A DNA stretch of 64,000 nucleotides from the human T2T-CHM13v2.0 reference genome, Homo sapiens. Shown piece by piece: positions 57,226 to 64,000 of this stretch (position 1 is its first letter; each line of letters starts with the position of its first letter). The translations under genes were made by a program, and so were the position numbers. Location: assembly GCF_009914755.1 (NCBI RefSeq), contig NC_060938.1, one strand, 5' to 3'. Under the pieces are notes generated by a model. The model did not search any database and was not told where the DNA came from. It worked only from the letters and a program-made list of their open reading frames with translations.

Positions 57226-58748
57226 TGTCACAGGATCTTTGGGGTGTCGCTTCACCAGCCAGAAACCTCTGTGGCCGGCGGCTCCTTTGGCCCGAGTAAT
57301 ACTCATGCCCGCGGGGCTCATTTCACCCACCTGGCCTGGCAGGCTACAGTCAGTTTGTGCAACCAGCCTAGATTCCACACCTGCCAAGGGTGAGCCAGAT
57401 GTGGAGCAGGGAGGGGTGTGTGGGTGAGCAAGCATGAGGTCCAGCCACTGTGCACAGCAAGGAACTCCAGCTGCCGCGGTGGGGCAGGCAACTCCAGGCC
57501 CCAGCACAGGTGCTGGCTCCATGGGAAGTTGCACCTGGACCAGTTGCACTGCACACAACTTCTGCTGCAGGCACTCGCATCTGGATAAGGGGAATATAGT
57601 GGCACCTGGAAGCTTGGAGACACCAGGAACCACAGAGCCCCAAAGATGTTGTCACAGCCCTGGCTTGGGAACCCCTAAGTCTCGACTCCCTGAAGGGCCG
57701 CAGCTCTTCCCTCCTTCTCTTGACCTGCAACATGGTGGGGGCAGGGGCATATTTCAGCCTTGTTTGCATTACAGCTCTTTTAGTCCCACCATTTTGCAGG
57801 TCTCACGTTCTTGTCCATTGTCCAGGAAGAATGAGGTATGCGGACAACTGGAGGGTGAGCAAGGCAGAGAGGAGCTTCAATGTGTGGCAGAACAGTTCTC
57901 AGAAGATCCAAAGAGGTAGCTCCTTTCAACAGGCAGGTCATCCTGATGAGTGTCCAGCTGTCAGTAGAGAGGAGACCAGGAGCGAACAGCTTCTTTCCAT
58001 AGACAGGTAGTCCTGACATAACTGAGTCTGGCTGAGTCCAGGGTTTTTATGGGAATCATGGGCAACCATGGGCAGGCCTGGAAATAGCACTATAATTTCT
58101 CACTTTGGGCTGCAGACTTCACCCAGAACTTACAGCTTGGCTCCCACGCTTCAGGCAGTCCCTAGCTTGACAGTGAGGCCTCACCAGGGAACCACCCATT
58201 TCCGCTCAGGAGACTGCCACCATCAATCATATTATAAATGTTGCCCAGGCTGTTTGTGCTGAAGGGTGCCTGCAGGCCCACTCCAAGTTGACTTCAGTGC
58301 TCCCTCGACCTCCCTCCCATGCTTGTTGGTGCCCAAAGTGCAGAGGGGACCTAGGCAGCTGGGGGCTGGCATGTGAGTGCAGCTCCAAGGGCTTGCCCAC
58401 CTGGCCAGGTCATGATGGTACCTGCGTTCAGCCTCAGCTTTACTCCGAAATCAGAGTGGGTGCTGGGAGCAGGAACGGGGATAGGCCAGGCAGCGGGAGT
58501 AGACACTTCCGAGCCTGCAGAGGCAAGGGGACTTCCCAGGCCCCTGAGAACACAGGGATGCCCAGGTTGGCAGCCAGGGCTGAATGGCTGTAGCTGTGCC
58601 AAGGAGGGTGGGGCTCCTGCCCTGCCAACTGGGAAGGTGTGGGGCTCCCACTTGTTCCCTGCTCCTGCTGCATGGAGCACAGAGCCCTGGCCATGCCTCT
58701 CCTTCTGCATCCAGCATCTTTTCAGTTGCCTCTCCACCATGGCCATCA
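57226..58748 (-). mobile_element. MER52A solo LTR (ERV1), complete, 4-bp TSD
   Basis: TG...CA ends (tgtcacaggatctttggggtgtcgc ... ggccatca). TSD cttg at 57222-57225 and 58749-58752. GC-rich; TATA-like cataaaaacc on the minus strand near 58042-58051. Confidence 0.9.
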
Positions 58749-58904
58749 CTTGTTCAGATATTTTGGTCTTCACTTTTAATACGTTTGTTTTTATTTTTAA
58801 AAAATGATTGATGCATTTTACTAAATGTGTTTCAGCGTCTATTAAGAAGATTATACTTAGGTTAATAAAATATCTTAATAAAAGTCTTTTTATCAAAGGA
58901 TATG

Positions 58905-59704
58905 CATTGTATATCTGTTTCATTTACGAACTGTTGTATAACACATTTTCCACAAAATCTAATGATGTATAGTAGTACCCCCTTATCCACGGGGAAATCC
59001 CAGTAGCTGGCTGAATCTGCAGTTAGTACTAAACTTTATATATTCCGTTGTTTTTTCAACGTGATAATCAAAGCAAATAAGTAACTAATGGGCTGTGTAT
59101 ACAGCATGGATAGGCTGGAAAAAGATGATGATTCATGCCCCAGCTGGAACAGGGCAGGATAGTGTGAAATTTCCTTATGCTACTCAGAATGGTGCAAAAT
59201 TTAAAACTCATCAATTGTTTATTTCTGGAATTTTTAATTTAATACTTTCAGATAATGGTTAATCAGGGGTAAATAATAACATGGAAAGCAAAACTGGGGA
59301 TAAGGAGAAGACCACTGTTTAACAACCCACATGAAATACGTGGTTTGGGAATTCGGATGAAGCATGCCAGGGATAGTTTGTGCCTGTTTCCCAATGTCTG
59401 GGACCTCAACTAGAGAACTCAAAGAATGACAGTGACTCAATAAGATGAGAATGTGACCTCTCCATGTGGCCTGGGCTTTCTTTACAACATGGTGAATGGG
59501 TTGAAAGGCACCTAAAGAAAGACAAAGCTTACCTAAAGTCCCACTGGATTATCATATAGCCTAATAAACTAGTGACTTAGGCCACATTTTGTTCATTAGT
59601 ACCAATACACTAGGGCCAACCTATATTGAGGAGAGGGGAGAAAGACTCCATCTTTAAATTAAAAGAATTTGAAATAATTTAGACACATCTGTAAAACTGT
59701 CACA
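58905..59704 (-). mobile_element. MLT1H-type LTR interrupted by MER44A
   Basis: ctctccatgtggcctgggctt..caacatggtg..gccacattttgttcattag..gaggggagaaagactccatc. Confidence 0.65.
58970..59317. mobile_element. MER44A (Tigger-derived MITE)
   Basis: TIRs tagtagtacccccttatcc / ggataaggagaagaccactg; core gctactcagaatggtgcaaaatttaaaact. Confidence 0.85.
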
Positions 59705-59761
59705 TTTATAAATGCACAATAATTTATATCCGTTTATGACCACGCATACCATCATTCTAAT

Positions 59762-60208
59762 TGTTACAGGAAGTTCTTGACCAGGATGTCTGAAAATCCA
59801 ATAAATAACTCATCTTTTGTTTCAGAAAATACTTATAAACTGATTTGTATGGGCAAATTCCTTGCTTATCTGAACAGGTAGAGGACATATTAGGAAAATT
59901 GTCTTCATATCTGGACAGATAGTTTATCAGGATTCTAGTTTTATTATCCTCATTTCACTGAGTTCACCAGTCTTAAACACCATGTCATAAACCTTACCCA
60001 ACTGCAATCAATATTCTCACTTCAAAGACCCTCTGTAAACAACTTGTTTTCAGACCCTAAACTTATACATATCTACCCTAAATTTACCCTTGTTAGACAC
60101 TAATAAGCCTCTGTTTTGTGAAATTATCCCTTGGTGGGTCAAGTTTAGCAAATTTAGTTTTGTTTGATCAACAGGTTATTTTTATAGTCTTCGTGGAGGG
60201 GTCAATAG
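59762..60208 (+). mobile_element. Old ERV1 LTR (MER67-like, tentative)
   Basis: Starts tgttaca; 3' end tttgtttgatcaacaggtt..ggggtcaata. Confidence 0.5.
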
Positions 60209-61476
60209 TTATCATTTCTGAATGTTGAACAGAGGTTTAATTGAGAAATTCTCATTACACAGCCAAAAACCCTTAACTCAGAAACACTGTGCTAACCGGA
60301 GTACCATTAAGCTTCCAGCTTGCAAGTCTTTCCAGAATAATGTGAGAAAGCCACATAGTAGGTCTAAATTCTGACTTATTTTCAGTGAGTTTCCAAATGT
60401 TGAGTTTATTTTGTCTCTTAGAAGAGATAATTATATTTGAAAACTGTTGTCCTTAGTGAGAACCTGCCTGGATTTTAACAATACTACTTTTCGTCTCCTT
60501 AATAGTTCTTGACTGTGAGTCTATAATTAGAAACTCATAGGAAGAGAACAGTTCTAGATTTAATCTTTCTTTCTCTTGATATGGTACCCAAGGCTGAAAT
60601 ATTCAGGGTAATCTATAAGAACTTAGTGAGACTTCCAACAATTTTGTTGTTGTGTTCCTGAGACTTGCATTATGAAATTTCACCTGGAAGATCTGTGGGT
60701 TTTATTGGGTCTTTTGTTGATGATGACAATATTTGACTAGGTTCCAGAAGCACAAATTTAGGCAAGCATACTCAGTAGCATTTTCTTTTCTTATGGAATC
60801 TTCTGGATCTGTTTCTTTCTGAACCAATAATCTGTTCCCTTGTTATTATATGTACAAATATCTCTAATTGGAATAATTTCATCAAGGACAATTTGAAATC
60901 ACATTGGCCACTTTGGTGAAATTTTGACATGAAAACAATTGTTCACCGAGAGGCCTATTTGTACAACGATGGGAGCAACATTGAAGAGGGACCTCTTTGA
61001 CTTATTTGTCCAGATGAAAGATCACTTACTTCAATTTACGTAGACTTCCATTTGGTTCTGCACCTCCCTGATTATTTGTTACTAGTTTTGTTTTTGTATG
61101 GCTTAAAGGAATTCTCAAGGACCCAGGTTGTTTTTAAATGGCTTACTAATTCTTATTTTTTGTGTGTTATTTGATTTCAAAATGTGTTTTCCTGCATTTA
61201 TAGCATCTTCTCTCCTTGCAGAAGGAATATAATTATTAGTTTTTTGTAATTTCTTACTTGCTTGTAGCAGGCTTCCCCTACTTCTCCTTTATGCTTATCT
61301 TTTCTCATTTCTTTCTTCTTCTGGAAAACTTTGAAGATTAACTGGTCATATTAAAATGTTTTGTTACTAAGTGTTTAATATCAAAAATTTAGTCTGAATA
61401 TACAGTAAATAATTCCAAAAGAAAATAAAAAATAAATTTAATGGTTTTTTTATTCTTTAAAATGTTTGTTTGGTCT

Positions 61477-61818
<342 letters not shown>

Positions 61819-62165
61819 TTATTATTCACTTGCCAAAAGTATTAACTCAGGAAAAGAAAAGAAAATAGATTCAACTATAAGTTTAAGTAATGTTCTTGAT
61901 TTCTAGGTTACAGGAGAAGAAGAAAAGATCAACAGACATAAAATTTCAGAATGATTGACAGTCTTTAAAATTGTATGTATGAATACTAATGTTTCTAAAT
62001 TTTGGTAAGAAATGTTCTGTGTAAATGGATCACTGGAAAAATATATTTTGTTGAATTTAACTCTAACTCTATATTTCTCCCTGATTTACAACTATAAAAA
62101 TATAATGTTAGAACATTACTGCGTTAATAAAAAACTTGAATTTACATTTTCACAATTTGAAAATT

Positions 62166-62273
62166 ATTTTTTAGCTTTTGAGTTCAGAGGTATGAGTGCA
62201 GTTTTGTTACAAAGGTAAACTTTTGTCATGCGGGTTTGCAGTGCAGATTATTTCATCACCCAATTGTTAAGCC
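62166..62273 (-). mobile_element. Short L1PA (about PA13) 3' end
   Basis: gttcagaggta..ttgttacaaaggtaaact..cagattatttcatcaccca. Confidence 0.75.
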
Positions 62274-62879
62274 ACTTCAAATAGCAAAGACATGAAAAAT
62301 TTAATTTGCTACAATTGTTCTGTGCTCTAGGATTTAATCATTGTTTCCATAAATTACTAAATACTATAAAAAATTGAATATATGATTAGATAAATGAATT
62401 TATAATCATGAGTTGTTTTCTTTGAATCGGTTAATTCCTGTGCATTCGTATAATGCTACAAAAAATTCTGGATCTGCCGTAAACTTTACAACCTTAACTA
62501 ATATTAAAATAAGAAAATTCAAAAATAATCTCTGGAAAAGATAAATGACTAAAGATTTCTATGCTCTGAAGACAAATTATTTTAACACAGAATTGTTTGG
62601 AGTCGGAAAGTCAAGAGCCAGGATAGAAGAAAGTAAAGTTATATTTAGACTTCCAAATCCTAAATTAAAGAAAGAAAAGAAAAACTACAAAGGTTATTTC
62701 TAACCTTCATTGAGGGTGTTAAAAGCTGGAATGACGGTATTATTCCCAACTATAAAGAGCAACAATAGTTTAAAAAAAGGAAAAAAATTAAACAAAACAC
62801 TAGATAATCTTTAAATTTACACATTCACTTGAAACCATAAAAGAACCAAGACAGAGAGCAATCAACTTGCATGAAGTCT

Positions 62880-63535
<656 letters not shown>

Positions 63536-64000
63536 ACAAAGAATAAATCTGGAGGACTAACACTCTGAATTCAAAATGTACTACAGAGCTATGGTCATCA
63601 AAATCCTGTGGTAGTTGCATAAATACAGACATATATAGACCAATGGAGTAAAACAGAGGGTTCAGAAACCAAACCTTGCATATATGACCAAATTATTTTA
63701 CACAGGGATTTCAAGACCATGCACTGGGCGAAAGGGTAGTCTTTTTAACAAATGCTGGAAAACTGGATATCCACATGGAAAAGAATAAAGCTGGACCCTT
63801 ACCTAACACCATATACAAATGTTAACTCAAAACAGATTAAAGACCTAAGCATAAGAACTAAATCTATAAATGTCTTGGGAAAAAAAAAAAAAGCACGTGG
63901 CAAAACATTTCACAACATTGGAAACTGGACCTCATGGCAATTTGAAAACTGTATATGCCAAAAGAAACTATTAGCAGAGTAAAAAAAAAATCTACAAATT
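63536..64000 (+). mobile_element. L1M(B) ORF2 3' region, runs off the window end
   Basis: ctggaggactaacact..tactacagagcta..accaatggagtaaaacagag. Peptide ENWISTWKRIKLDPYLTPYTNVNSK. Confidence 0.85.

Noticed and set aside
57217-58923. Cluster of long overlapping ORFs (up to 190 aa) as a protein-coding gene
   Set aside because: They lie almost entirely in the GC-rich MER52A LTR, are open in many frames on both strands, and show no recognisable domain.
61907-61972. Plus-strand 66-nt exon (ttctag/ ... /gtatgt)
   Set aside because: Modest splice signals, no recognisable peptide and no supporting neighbouring exon.

Overview
AT-rich, repeat-dense primate (human-like) genomic DNA. It reads as a gene-poor interval or a large intron. 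I find no supportable protein-coding gene, tRNA, rRNA or CRISPR array. The recognisable ORFs in the track are fragments of L1 ORF2, Alu, THE1, MER52, Tigger1 or HSMAR1; the rest look like chance frames. Content: many L1 pieces of different ages (L1PA4 to L1ME/HAL1), including two 5'-inverted (twin-primed) copies and an internally deleted L1MA that keeps its 5' end; 13 Alus or Alu fragments; a complete THE1A MaLR provirus with target-site duplication (TSD); a solo MER52A LTR with TSD; several MLT1 and other LTRs; a near-complete HSMAR1 mariner with nested L1 and Alu; a full-length Tigger1; MER58A and MER44A; and a 24-bp palindromic minisatellite. The most interesting signals are (1) a PRDM9 hotspot-type CCTCCCT motif in only one THE1A LTR, with intact DUX4 sites in both LTRs; (2) a fused head-to-head Alu pair that probably marks a multi-kb deletion; (3) several small templated-inversion or duplication scars; and (4) a speculative minus-strand spliced lncRNA downstream of MER52A. 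I cannot support a wholly new biological system. Subfamily names come from recalled consensus motifs and need RepeatMasker/Dfam confirmation.
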